A DNA stretch of 64,000 nucleotides. It comes from Candidatus Omnitrophota bacterium. Lineage in GTDB: Bacteria > Omnitrophota > Gorgyraeia > JABMRN01 > RBG-13-46-9. Within the stretch, counting starts at the first letter, position 1; each line of letters begins with the position of its first letter. The notes below the pieces were generated by a model. That model did not search any database and was not told the origin of the DNA. It worked only from the letters and a program-made list of their open reading frames with translations. Location of the stretch: assembly GCA_016782445.1 (NCBI GenBank), contig JADHYM010000001.1, forward strand, positions 10,212 to 74,211, in the 5' to 3' direction. Position numbers and translations under genes: made by a program. Positions 47,697 to 58,662 of the stretch are shown piece after piece.

Positions 47697-49631
47697 TCAT
47701 CCTATCCGCACCGCGATGACTGTTATGTCATCGTGCTGTGCTTTTTTTTCAAATTTTTTAACCGTATCTTGCACAAGATCTACCATCTTCTGCGGCGTGA
47801 GGCTCCTGTTCTTTGCCACAAGGTCCGCCAGGCGGGATGAACCGAACATCTCGGCCTTCGGGTTCATTGCCTCCGTAACGCCGTCAGTGTACATGACAAA
47901 CATGTCGCCTTTTCCGAACCGCGCCTCTTCGGCGCTGAACTCACCGTCAAAAAGTCCGAGCGGCGTTCCTTCTTTCGCGTCCAAGAGAATTGGCTCGGAT
48001 TTGTCTTTTTTCAGCATTATGATGGGCAAATGCCCGCCGCTTGCGTATAAGAGAAGGCTGTTTTTTTCGTCGAAAATAGCGTAGGTAAGCGTCACGAAGA
48101 GCCCTGCCGAGCCCTCTTTGACAAGGCGCGAATTCAGCTTTGTAACTATCTCTTTCGGGTTCGAAAGACCCATGTACGTCCTGAACTCGCTTACTACCTT
48201 TGCCATGTATAGAGCGGCCGGCACGCCTTTTCCTGAAACATCCCCTATCATCACTCCGAGCTTTTCAGGGCTTATTTTAACGAGGTCATAAAGATCCCCG
48301 CCTACCTGCTTGGCCGTTTGCATGCTGGCCGCGACCTGTATGCTGTGGGTAGCGGGTATTTCCTGGGGCAGGAAGCTTTCCTGGATACGCTTTGCTATCG
48401 CCAGCTCCTTCTCGAGAAGTTCCCTCCCCCGCATTTCTCCCATATAGCGCGTGAACGTAATGCCAAGGTAAAGAAATACCATTACGACGAAGGGACAGAA
48501 TACATCTATCCATAACCCGAAGAAAATGAATAAGAGAACCGCCAGAAGAACATAAGCCGCTGTTAGCAAAAATACAAAAAGGAAACCGACAAGGGTCTTC
48601 GCTCTTTTTGATACAAAAAAGAGAAGGAGCGAAAGAAATACAAGTATTGCCGCGTTTGTAGAGCGGGTCGCCCGGGCTATGAACTTTCCTATAAGAAAAC
48701 TGTTAAAGAGGCTTGCGTTAACCCCTACCCCCGGATACATGGAATCAAAAGGCGAGGGATGCACGTCCGGAGCCGCGGTTGCCGTTACGCCGATAAAGCA
48801 GACGCTATCTTGCAAAGATGTAAGATCCAGGATCGCTTCTTTACCGGTAACCTCCGGAAATTTGTCCGACATATAAGACTCTATAATATCTATGTAGGAG
48901 TAATGCCTGAAAGTATCCTGCCATCTTCCGGGAAAGTTAACGATAATGTTTGAATCTGAATCCAGCGGAATCTTTTGATCCTCGCCCATCTTGACATAAC
49001 GGCCGGGCGTGATCTTGATATCGTCTTGCTTTTTGCCCATGTAATTAGCCGCCACAAGAAAGCATACGTGGGGATAACCAATATTTTGATACCTGATAAT
49101 GGGAGGAACCCTTCTGAATTTTCCGTCAACGTCAGGAATTATATTTATGAATCCCGCACCCTTTGCAAAGCTTTCGAACCTGTCAAGAATTGCCTCCTGT
49201 AACTTATCAGCTACGGGAACGTCTTTTCGGCCTTCTTCTTTTATGTTGAAAATATAAGGAAGATATACTATCCCTGATTTTTTGATCGCCTCCTCGAAAA
49301 GCCTGTCCGCGGTCGGGTCGCTATCCTCGCTGAAAAAAATATCAAAAACGATTGCCTGCGCGCCGGCTTCCGTGAGCGCCTCAACGAGGGTTGCGTGGTA
49401 GCGGCGGGAAAAAGGCCACTTGCCGATTTTGTCTATGGTGTCATCGGCTATCTCTATTATGACTATGTTCTTTTTAACCTGGAGCGTGGGGCGCAGCCTG
49501 AACCTTATGTCGAGGGTTTCGAGTTCATAGCTGTCCAGAAAGCGCGAGTATGAAAGGGCTATTATCGCGATAAAAACGGCCAGGAGCCCGGCGTATAAGG
49601 CTATCTTCTTTTTAACCCTGGTAACATTCAT
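47697..49631 (-). CDS. CHASE2 sensor + SpoIIE/PP2C (RsbU-like) phosphatase
   Basis: CHASE2 (WPFSR, FDIFF, DVDG..RR), 3 TM, then VGGDLYD, IGDVSGKG, YTDGVTEA and DDIT motifs. Confidence 0.9.
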   Translation of the reverse strand: MNVTRVKKKIALYAGLLAVFIAIIALSYSRFLDSYELETLDIRFRLRPTLQVKKNIVIIEIADDTIDKIGKWPFSRRYHATLVEALTEAGAQAIVFDIFFSEDSDPTADRLFEEAIKKSGIVYLPYIFNIKEEGRKDVPVADKLQEAILDRFESFAKGAGFINIIPDVDGKFRRVPPIIRYQNIGYPHVCFLVAANYMGKKQDDIKITPGRYVKMGEDQKIPLDSDSNIIVNFPGRWQDTFRHYSYIDIIESYMSDKFPEVTGKEAILDLTSLQDSVCFIGVTATAAPDVHPSPFDSMYPGVGVNASLFNSFLIGKFIARATRSTNAAILVFLSLLLFFVSKRAKTLVGFLFVFLLTAAYVLLAVLLFIFFGLWIDVFCPFVVMVFLYLGITFTRYMGEMRGRELLEKELAIAKRIQESFLPQEIPATHSIQVAASMQTAKQVGGDLYDLVKISPEKLGVMIGDVSGKGVPAALYMAKVVSEFRTYMGLSNPKEIVTKLNSRLVKEGSAGLFVTLTYAIFDEKNSLLLYASGGHLPIIMLKKDKSEPILLDAKEGTPLGLFDGEFSAEEARFGKGDMFVMYTDGVTEAMNPKAEMFGSSRLADLVAKNRSLTPQKMVDLVQDTVKKFEKKAQHDDITVIAVRIG

Positions 49632-49637
49632 ATGGAA

Positions 49638-50675
49638 TTAAAAGGAGTAATAAAGGCCCCATGTCATGATAGTGCCCGAGTATTTTTGCAGGGGTTCGTT
49701 CGAGGTGTTTTCTCTGTACGAGCAGTTGAACGCGAACGTAAATGATTTTGTCACGTCATACAGGACCGACGCGTTAAAGCTACAGGTAGAGTCAGCAACG
49801 TGCTCGTCATTCTTAGTTGAGAGTCTTCCCTTGTAACGCCTATTTTGGTAGGTAAAGCTTCCGCTTGCGTAGAGCTTCTTCGTAAACATATATATCATTG
49901 AAGGCGTGACCTTAAAGGACCAGTAGTCGTAATAATCAAAGTATTGGTAGTTGGACTCGTTATAGAAGAACTCTAGATTCGTCTTAAATATGGCCTTATC
50001 CATGTAAAAGCCGGCTTCGTATTCGCCCGCGTTGCGATAGTCGCGTCGCAAAGTCGACGAGTCCATGCCGCCGGAAGCGCGAACCGTGCCCTGAGTATAG
50101 CTTTTGTGCAGAAAATGCCAGCCTGCTTTCTGGTAAAGGTCCTGGGTTATGTTATGCTTCAAAAAAAGCATTACGTGATTTCCGAGGTAACTTCCGTTTC
50201 GATCCTCGGGAAACAAAGACACGTCAAAAGCATAATCCGTCTCTACCGTAAAAAGATCATCGAATACATCCACCTCAAACCCACCTACCGTATATATGTC
50301 AAGCAGGTTGGCATTGTGAACCGTGAAGTAAGTTATGGCGGTAAGGTCATTTTCTATTCTAAGCCGTACGTCCGGGGTGTAATTATAGGCAACGTCTGTG
50401 TTCAGCGAGCCTTCAAAGAACCCGTCTTTTAGCCTTTCCGGATCGAGGTTTACGTTGTTGTCAAAGCCAAAAAGCGTGCCGGCAAAGAACTCGAGGTCTA
50501 TTTTCTGGTCTTTAAGATGCTGTTTTACAGGATCCGTAAACCTGTCCAGATTAATAAGGTTCTCCAGATAATCGTATTTCTCTTCTGTCTTCACAGCGCC
50601 GGGGTGCTGTGCAAGAGCATTGAGAGCGGTTAAACTGAAAAATATAAAAAATAATGTTATGACAATTTTTTTCAT
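49638..50675 (-). CDS. Outer-membrane beta-barrel protein, unknown function
   Basis: Signal peptide, G.DNNV motif, alternating aromatic strands, C-terminal YSF beta-signal. Confidence 0.7.
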   Translation of the reverse strand: MKKIVITLFFIFFSLTALNALAQHPGAVKTEEKYDYLENLINLDRFTDPVKQHLKDQKIDLEFFAGTLFGFDNNVNLDPERLKDGFFEGSLNTDVAYNYTPDVRLRIENDLTAITYFTVHNANLLDIYTVGGFEVDVFDDLFTVETDYAFDVSLFPEDRNGSYLGNHVMLFLKHNITQDLYQKAGWHFLHKSYTQGTVRASGGMDSSTLRRDYRNAGEYEAGFYMDKAIFKTNLEFFYNESNYQYFDYYDYWSFKVTPSMIYMFTKKLYASGSFTYQNRRYKGRLSTKNDEHVADSTCSFNASVLYDVTKSFTFAFNCSYRENTSNEPLQKYSGTIMTWGLYYSF

Positions 50676-50701
50676 GGCCTTAATCGTCAATCTCCTTTCG
50701 C

Positions 50702-51508
50702 TTACTCTTGTGTGGACATGCATTCCGGGCCGCGCGTGCTTGTTCCTGCTCCGGTCTCCTGTTCTCTTTTTCTTATCCTGTCCTCGTCTTTACGCTCGAT
50801 TATCTTTTCTTTCTGCTGTTGTATCTTGGTAAGATCCCGCGATAGCCTTTCCATTCTAGCCTTTTTAGACAAACCTCTTTCAAAAAGGCTCTCTTTCCAT
50901 TTATTCCATTTCCCGAAATCTTTACCGGCAAGCTTCATGAGCTTGGAGGGCTTCTGGAAAAGCTTGACAATGGTCCTGGACCCCTTGGGTACGGTGAGAT
51001 TGTCCTCCATTATGTTGCCTTTTTTATCTATTCCCTTGGCGTACGCTTTATTTTCGTAGCAATCAACTACAGTTTCGTCTTTCTTGGCGTTCGCTCCCCA
51101 TCCGGTGCCTCTTGCTCCGCATACAGCGGTCGGGGTGCGTATTTCAAACCGGGATCCTTTTGGAATACTTTTTACGAGAGCAAGGATTTCTCCGTCTATG
51201 AGCTCGAGCTTTTCTATTCCGTCGAGCTTGATAACGACGTGCGTATTTTCCTCTATGTTCACAAGATTCGTATCGCCGTCGAATGAAATCTCCATGGAAG
51301 ATTCCTTATGCGTCTTTATGCTGTCTCCGGAACCAAGAAGCATTCCCTTCTTAGCGTTCTGCCAGCCGGGCTGGCCAGAGAGAAGTACTTCCGCTGTTCC
51401 TTCGATATACGATATAATAACCGCTTCTTCGCCTTTAGCAGTAATAAAAGTGGCCGTTAAAAATAAAAAGTTCGCGAAGAGAAATGTGAGAATTTTAAAA
51501 TACTTCAT
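50702..51508 (-). CDS. FecR-domain periplasmic protein
   Basis: Signal peptide, GDSIKT and F.I.TPTAVCGARGT (FecR-like GT motif). Confidence 0.8.
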   Translation of the reverse strand: MKYFKILTFLFANFLFLTATFITAKGEEAVIISYIEGTAEVLLSGQPGWQNAKKGMLLGSGDSIKTHKESSMEISFDGDTNLVNIEENTHVVIKLDGIEKLELIDGEILALVKSIPKGSRFEIRTPTAVCGARGTGWGANAKKDETVVDCYENKAYAKGIDKKGNIMEDNLTVPKGSRTIVKLFQKPSKLMKLAGKDFGKWNKWKESLFERGLSKKARMERLSRDLTKIQQQKEKIIERKDEDRIRKREQETGAGTSTRGPECMSTQE

Positions 51509-51531
51509 TTGTGCGCTCCTTCTTTTAAAAA

Positions 51532-52137
51532 TTACTTGCCCTTCATAAGAAGCTTCCAGGGATTCTTCTTGATATCCTCGGAAAATTCCTTAAAGTTGGC
51601 TGACGTGTCTTCGAGATTAGCGGCAATCGCGTTCACTTTTTCCTTGTTGTCGGAAACGATCCCCTTTACATCAGTGAGAGTGGCGTCAAGCTTGGATGCT
51701 ATCTGGTCGGCTTTCTTCATGAGCTCCCGCATCTGGAGAGGATCCTCGCTCGCTACTGTTTCGTTTCTTTTCAAGAATACGGATGATGTCCCGGGCGTTA
51801 TCCCTATGTAAGCATCTCCTATGAATCCCGTCGAGCCTATGAAAGCGATGGAATTTCCTCTCACCTTGGCGCCCTTATCAAGCTCGAGGACTAGCTCTAC
51901 GCTTGTCTTGTCCTCAGTGTAAGCAAGGTGTACTGTTTTTACCCTGCCAACCTCGATACCGGCCAGCTTGACTACTGAATTTTCCTTTATGCCGTCAGCG
52001 TGGCTGAAAAGGGTTTTAAGGTTATACGTCGCTGTATAGAGGTTTGTTGTGCGCAACCAGAAAAAAATGCCGACAAGTATTGCCGCAAATACCACGAGTC
52101 CCGTTTTTATTTCATTTGTCATTATAAGTTTTTTCAT
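51532..52137 (-). CDS. mlaD: MCE-domain protein (MlaD family), copy 2
   Basis: TM, GI...SVVKLAGIEVGRV and GFIGDAYIGITPG motifs. Confidence 0.85.
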   Translation of the reverse strand: MKKLIMTNEIKTGLVVFAAILVGIFFWLRTTNLYTATYNLKTLFSHADGIKENSVVKLAGIEVGRVKTVHLAYTEDKTSVELVLELDKGAKVRGNSIAFIGSTGFIGDAYIGITPGTSSVFLKRNETVASEDPLQMRELMKKADQIASKLDATLTDVKGIVSDNKEKVNAIAANLEDTSANFKEFSEDIKKNPWKLLMKGK

Positions 52138-52169
52138 CGCACCCTCCCTGTCCGCCGGTAGGCGGGCGT

Positions 52170-52970
52170 TTATTTCGTTAATTGTTCCAAATAATCGTCA
52201 CTTTTCTGAAAGAACTTTATCGGGCCGTCCGGGTCGCCTGCCAGGAATTGTTTTACAAGAGGGTTTTTCGAATGTTTTATTTCGTCCTTAGTGCCGACTT
52301 CGACAACTTTCCCTTCATAAAGCATCGCGATCCTGTCCGCGATGCGAAACACGCTTCCCATGTCGTGGGTCACCACTATGCTCGTGATAGAAAGTTTTTT
52401 TGAAAGGTCCAATATCAATTTGTCAATTACGCCCGCCACTATCGGGTCAAGGCCGGCCGTGGGTTCGTCGTAAAAAATGATTTCCGGGTCCATGGCAATG
52501 GCGCGCGCTAGGCCCACTCTTTTTTTCATGCCGCCTGAAAGCTGGCTTGGCATGAGATCCTCAAAGCCGCTCAAGCCCACGAGCTCGAGCTTCATCTTTA
52601 TCATTATATTTATTACATTTTCCTCGAGCTTCGTGTGCTCCCTTAGGGCCAGGCTCACGTTTTCGCCCACTGTCATCGAATCAAAAAGAGCCGAGCCCTG
52701 GAACGACATGCCTACTTTCTTTTTTATCGCGTCCATCTCGTCCTCTGTAAGATTCGTTATATCGGTCCCGAGAAGCGACACCCTGCCGGAATCCGGCTTA
52801 AGCGAGCCTATCATGTGCCTCAAGAGCGTCGACTTTCCGCAGCCCGAGCCTCCCATGATAACAAACGTCTCGCCCTTCTTTATCTCGAGGTCAATGCCGT
52901 TTAAAATGGTGCGTTCGCCGAAACGCCGCACCAGATTTTCTACTTTTACGGCTGTTTCTTTATGTTCCAT
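52170..52970 (-). CDS. mlaF: ABC ATPase (MlaF family), copy 2
   Basis: GGSGCGKS, FQGSALFDS, LSGGMKKR and YDEPTAGLDP motifs. Confidence 0.9.
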   Translation of the reverse strand: MEHKETAVKVENLVRRFGERTILNGIDLEIKKGETFVIMGGSGCGKSTLLRHMIGSLKPDSGRVSLLGTDITNLTEDEMDAIKKKVGMSFQGSALFDSMTVGENVSLALREHTKLEENVINIMIKMKLELVGLSGFEDLMPSQLSGGMKKRVGLARAIAMDPEIIFYDEPTAGLDPIVAGVIDKLILDLSKKLSITSIVVTHDMGSVFRIADRIAMLYEGKVVEVGTKDEIKHSKNPLVKQFLAGDPDGPIKFFQKSDDYLEQLTK

Positions 52971-52990
52971 CCGGTCAATCCTTTGTAAGA

Positions 52991-53080
52991 TCCTCCTTCG
53001 CTGAATTGCTTTCGCGTTCAGCTTCGGCGGATAAAATTCGCACTTATGATTTACGCTTCCTTTCGGTCGCGTAAATCATG
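52991..53080. repeat. Two REP-like hairpins between mlaE and mlaF
   Basis: tcctccttcgctgaa...ttcagcttcggcgga and atgatttacgc-ttcctttcggtc-gcgtaaatcat. Confidence 0.65.
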
Positions 53081-53088
53081 TGCTCATT

Positions 53089-53892
53089 TCACATATTCGA
53101 AAAATAAAAGAGGCCTGTCAGAATACAGTCAAAAAGTATTATCAAAACAAAGCTCGTCACTACGCTGACAGTAGTCGCTTTTCCCACGCCCTCGGCCCCG
53201 CCGCGCGTGTTAAGTCCCATATAGCAGCCTATCATCGAGATTATCGTAGCGAAGGTTACGCTTTTTATAAGCCCGGTCCATATATCCTTCCACGCCATAA
53301 AATCAAATGAAACATCGATGTAGCGGTGCGAGTTCAGGCCCAGGTTGTACACGCCCACAAGGTAACCGCCGAAAATGCCCATTATATCGCTGAAAAGAAC
53401 AAGGCACGGAAGCATGAGAAGAAGTGCTAGAAAACGCGGTACGACAAGAAACCGTATCGGGTTTAGGGCGAGAGTATCAAGTGCTTCTATCTGTTCTGAA
53501 ACCTTCATTGTGCCGAGTTCCGCCGTAATTGCGGCGCCGACTCGCCCTGCGACTACCAAAGATGTGAGGACCGGCCCCAGCTCCCTTACCATGCTGACGC
53601 TTACCATTGCCGCGACATATATAGCTCCGCCGAGCTTCGCGAGCTGGTACGCGCTTTGCATGGCTATTACTATGCCGGTAAAAAGCCCCACGAAGAACAC
53701 GATGAGTATGGACTTGACGCCCACGAATACCATCTGCTCGAATATGCTTTTTGGCTTCGGAAACTTCTTTTTGAAGGGCCCTATAACCGACCAGTAAACA
53801 GTCTCCCTAAACAAAGAAAACACTCTTTTTGAATGCTCTACCGTTCCCAGTACTACGCGGCCTATTCCTGAAATAAATTCTATGAAAAACAT
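53089..53892 (-). CDS. mlaE: ABC permease (MlaE family), copy 2
   Basis: RELGPVL, AGRVG, ELGTMKVSEQIEAL and GGAEGVGKATT motifs. Confidence 0.92.
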   Translation of the reverse strand: MFFIEFISGIGRVVLGTVEHSKRVFSLFRETVYWSVIGPFKKKFPKPKSIFEQMVFVGVKSILIVFFVGLFTGIVIAMQSAYQLAKLGGAIYVAAMVSVSMVRELGPVLTSLVVAGRVGAAITAELGTMKVSEQIEALDTLALNPIRFLVVPRFLALLLMLPCLVLFSDIMGIFGGYLVGVYNLGLNSHRYIDVSFDFMAWKDIWTGLIKSVTFATIISMIGCYMGLNTRGGAEGVGKATTVSVVTSFVLIILFDCILTGLFYFSNM

Positions 53893-53893
53893 T

Positions 53894-54232
53894 TTAAGCG
53901 CTCAGTGCTTTTATGGCTTCCTCTTCTTCCTGCGTTATATCGAAAAGTTTTTCGAGCTTTGTGATTTCAAAAAGATTTTTTATCTTCGTGGAGAGGTTCG
54001 CCAGCTTCAGCTTACCGCCGTATGAACGCAAGTTTTTAAGCATCTCGACAAGCGTAGCCAGGCCAGAAGAATCTATGTAGCTCACGTCCTTGAAGCTCAT
54101 CACGATCTTCCCGTTCTTGGCGGCGATTATCTTATCAAAATCTTTTTTAAGCTGGGGAGATGTGTTGATATCTATTTCCCCTTTTACGTATAATAGGAGT
54201 ATGTCGTTCTTATTTTCCTTTATGATCTGCAT
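53894..54232 (-). CDS. STAS-domain anti-anti-sigma (RsbV/SpoIIAA-like; MlaB-like by position)
   Basis: GEID...P.L and V.YIDSSGL with the phospho-acceptor Ser. Confidence 0.9.
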   Translation of the reverse strand: MQIIKENKNDILLLYVKGEIDINTSPQLKKDFDKIIAAKNGKIVMSFKDVSYIDSSGLATLVEMLKNLRSYGGKLKLANLSTKIKNLFEITKLEKLFDITQEEEEAIKALSA

Positions 54233-54668
54233 TTTTACCCCCTCTTTGGCTTTTTAGCAATTTTATCATAGAAACCCTGTTTTTGTCATACAAAACTTTA
54301 TCCATGAGCTTATGCATAAGAAAGACGCCCCTTCCGCCCTCCATCAAAACATTGTCCCCTTTTGTAGGATCTGCGATTTTTTCGAGGGCAAAGCCGGAGC
54401 CCGCATCCTCTATTTCAACACTGAATGCGCCTTCGCGAAAGCTGTACCTGACAGATACGGAAAGGTTTTCTTTTCTTTTATTGCCGTGTATGATGGCGTT
54501 TTTTACCGCCTCCTCAACGCTTAAGCGTATATCAAAGAGAACGGAGGAATTTTGCGTTTTTGTTTTGAGAAAATCCTCAATTTTTCGACTTACCTGCCGG
54601 ATATAGGCGGTATCGCTCGGTATTTTTATCTCGTGCGAATGCGTTTTATTTAGGCTCTCTGAAAACAC
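54210..54668 (-). CDS. RsbW/SpoIIAB-like Ser kinase (HATPase_c)
   Basis: [16 protein letters not shown] and [11 protein letters not shown] motifs. Confidence 0.9.
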   Translation of the reverse strand: MFSESLNKTHSHEIKIPSDTAYIRQVSRKIEDFLKTKTQNSSVLFDIRLSVEEAVKNAIIHGNKRKENLSVSVRYSFREGAFSVEIEDAGSGFALEKIADPTKGDNVLMEGGRGVFLMHKLMDKVLYDKNRVSMIKLLKSQRGGKNADHKGK

Positions 54669-55605
54669 CTATTCTCCTGAATTTGTCGTACCTTTTGTTC
54701 ACGAGCTCATGTTTGCCTAACCCTGTAAGCTCGGCAATATCCCTTTTAATAATCGCCTTTATGTCCCCGGCTATCTTTGCCGGGTCCCTATGAACGCCTC
54801 CGAGCGGTTCCTTGACAACGCCGTCTATGACGCCTAAGCGAGAGAGATCCTCTCCCGTAAGTTTGAGTGCTTCGGCAGCCTCCGGCGCTTTCGAGCGTTC
54901 CTTCCAGAGAATTGCCGCACATCCCTCGGGAGAGATCACAGAGTAATAAGCGTATTCCAGTACGTAAATCCTGTCGCCTACCCCGACACCGAGCGCGCCG
55001 CCGGAGCCGCCCTCGCCTATTACAAAAACAACAATAGGAACCTTGAGCATGCTCATCTCGCAGAGATTCCGCGCTATGGCCTCAGCCTGTCCTCTTTCCT
55101 CTGCGCCTATTCCCGGATATGCGCCCGGCGTATCTATCAAAACTACTATCGGAAGAGAGAACTTTTCCGCCAGCTTCATGATGCGCATGGCTTTTCTGTA
55201 CCCTTCCGGGTTAGCGCATCCGAAATTCCTACGAAGATTGTCTTTCGTGTCGCGCCCCTTTTGGTGACCTATGATAGCGACTTTTTTTCCGTCAATTTTT
55301 GCGAATCCGCAAACAATGGCCTTGTCGTCGGAATATAGCCTGTCGCCGTGAATCTCGACGAAATCCGTCGTCATAAGGTCTATGTAGTCGAGCGTGTAAA
55401 GCCTCTCCGGGTGCCGCGCCAGCTGCACGCGCTGCCAGGGACTCAAATTCTTAAAGACGTCATGCTTTACCTTTTCAAGGCGCTCCTCGAGGCGTTTTAT
55501 TTCTTTGGAAAGATCTATGTCCTCGCGGGAGGTAAAGCCCTTAAGCTCCTCGATCTTCTGCTCAAGCTCATGTATGGGTTTTTCGAAATCTAATCCGCTT
55601 GCCAT
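54646..55605 (-). CDS. accA: Acetyl-CoA carboxylase carboxyltransferase alpha
   Basis: [21 protein letters not shown] and SPEGCA motifs. Confidence 0.96.
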   Translation of the reverse strand: MASGLDFEKPIHELEQKIEELKGFTSREDIDLSKEIKRLEERLEKVKHDVFKNLSPWQRVQLARHPERLYTLDYIDLMTTDFVEIHGDRLYSDDKAIVCGFAKIDGKKVAIIGHQKGRDTKDNLRRNFGCANPEGYRKAMRIMKLAEKFSLPIVVLIDTPGAYPGIGAEERGQAEAIARNLCEMSMLKVPIVVFVIGEGGSGGALGVGVGDRIYVLEYAYYSVISPEGCAAILWKERSKAPEAAEALKLTGEDLSRLGVIDGVVKEPLGGVHRDPAKIAGDIKAIIKRDIAELTGLGKHELVNKRYDKFRRIGVFREPK

Positions 55606-56429
55606 TACTCAACAATCACGACTTCTGTGCCGCTCGGCACGATCGCGTAGAGCTCCTCTACGTCAGAGTTTTTCATTCTCACGCACCCTTTTGTTATGTG
55701 CTTGCCTATAGTAGATTCGTCGTTCGTCCCATGTATCCCGTAATTTTCCTTAGATATGCCCATCCAGCGCGACCCCAGCTCATATTCGGGGCTATCAGGG
55801 CTTACCGTGGCGCCTATTTTGTACCAGACAGGCTTTATCATTTTTTCCTCTATATAAAATTCTCCTACCGGAGTGCTCAAGTTTTCGCCGGTTGAGACAG
55901 TGTAGCTTTTAAAAAGCTTTCCGTTTGAAAGAAGAAGAAGCCTGTTCCCCGAGCGGTCCACATGTATGCTGAATTTTGCCTGCGGCACCTTAAGAAACTT
56001 CCCGGGAAATATCATGTCAGAGATAAGGCCGTTTGATTTCTTTATAAGCTCAACGGTCGTGTGGAATTTGGTGGCGATTTTTATGAGCGTATCCCCGGGT
56101 TTTATCTCGTAAAGAAAGCTGTCCTTCGTTACGGAATCTGAAAAAAGGATTTTTACGTTAAGTTTTTCGATTTTTTTACGGGTGGCTTCTTTTTTCTTAT
56201 CGTTCGGGTGCGTCTCCAGAAAGTGCTCGAACGCTCTTTTCGCCTTTTCGGATTCGCCGGCTGCTTCGAGCGAGACAGCTTTTTTGTAAAGGCTGTTTTT
56301 TGTATCGTTATGTACGGAATTTAATTTTTTTCGCGCTTTTTGTACGGCAATATTTTTATACAAAAAAGATACCGCGATCAAAAACGCGACTGCTGCCAGG
56401 GCTATTGCCAGAACAAATCTCTTATTCAT
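55605..56429 (-). CDS. LysM + YkuD L,D-transpeptidase
   Basis: LysM ([11 protein letters not shown]), YGIHGT and GCVRM catalytic motif. Confidence 0.9.
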   Translation of the reverse strand: MNKRFVLAIALAAVAFLIAVSFLYKNIAVQKARKKLNSVHNDTKNSLYKKAVSLEAAGESEKAKRAFEHFLETHPNDKKKEATRKKIEKLNVKILFSDSVTKDSFLYEIKPGDTLIKIATKFHTTVELIKKSNGLISDMIFPGKFLKVPQAKFSIHVDRSGNRLLLLSNGKLFKSYTVSTGENLSTPVGEFYIEEKMIKPVWYKIGATVSPDSPEYELGSRWMGISKENYGIHGTNDESTIGKHITKGCVRMKNSDVEELYAIVPSGTEVVIVE

Positions 56430-56470
56430 ATTTTTTATAGCTTACAGCTTAAAGCTTACAGCTGTAAAAA

Positions 56471-56929
56471 TTACCACAATAAAAGCGTGACCCCAATGCC
56501 GCAGGCTATTCCCACCAGCACCTCGATAGGCGTGTGCCCGAGAAGTTCCTTGAGGCGGTCTTCTTGTGTGTGCTTCTTCCAGTATATGTCATCCAGCATC
56601 TTGTTTAGGATTTCTGCCTGCTTGCCTGTGGCCCTCCTTACGCCTTGCGCGTCCATTATCACTATGACTGCGAACGCGACGCATAAAGCAAAGAGCGCGG
56701 AATCAAAACCGACATAAAGCCCCATGGCCGTGGAAAGGGCGCTTACGGTAGCGGAATGAGAACTCGGCATCCCACCGGTTCCGACAAACCACCTGAAGTC
56801 AAACCGCTTCTCGCGAATGACGCCCAGAATAACCTTGATGGTCTGGGTTATCGCCCACGCGTAGATAGTGATAAGAAGCACCTTATTTTGGACGAGTTCT
56901 ACAAATATTTGGCGCGATGATGGGTCCAT
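56471..56929 (-). CDS. Divergent PAP2 family (DUF212) membrane protein
   Basis: GGMPSSHSA, DA.GVRR..G.QA and GHTP.EV motifs. Confidence 0.92.
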   Translation of the reverse strand: MDPSSRQIFVELVQNKVLLITIYAWAITQTIKVILGVIREKRFDFRWFVGTGGMPSSHSATVSALSTAMGLYVGFDSALFALCVAFAVIVIMDAQGVRRATGKQAEILNKMLDDIYWKKHTQEDRLKELLGHTPIEVLVGIACGIGVTLLLW

Positions 56930-56940
56930 ATTAGGGTATT

Positions 56941-56969
56941 ATTATAATATATACCTACTAGTTATGCAA
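56941..56969 (-). promoter_or_regulatory. Sigma70-type promoter heading the PAP2-accA-mla operon
   Basis: TTGCAT-N17-TATAAT, 11 nt before the ATG. Confidence 0.65.
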
Positions 56970-56997
56970 GGTTGAGTTCGAAATATTGATACGTTTA

Positions 56998-57118
56998 CGT
57001 CGGTTGGCTGTGGTTGCGTCGCGCGAAACGTCGGTTGTCAATCGGTTGCGTTAATATTGACGCAACCCACCCACGCGACCGATTCTCGCGACGCCACCGA
57101 TTGACTTAAACCGCAACC
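56998..57118. repeat. MITE/REP-like element with imperfect inverted arms (second full copy)
   Basis: ggttgcgtcgcgcgaaacgtcggt...gtcaatcggttgcgt / acgcaacc...tcgcgacgccaccgattgac. Confidence 0.75.
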
Positions 57119-57119
57119 T

Positions 57120-58658
<1,539 letters not shown>

Positions 58659-58662
58659 CTTC

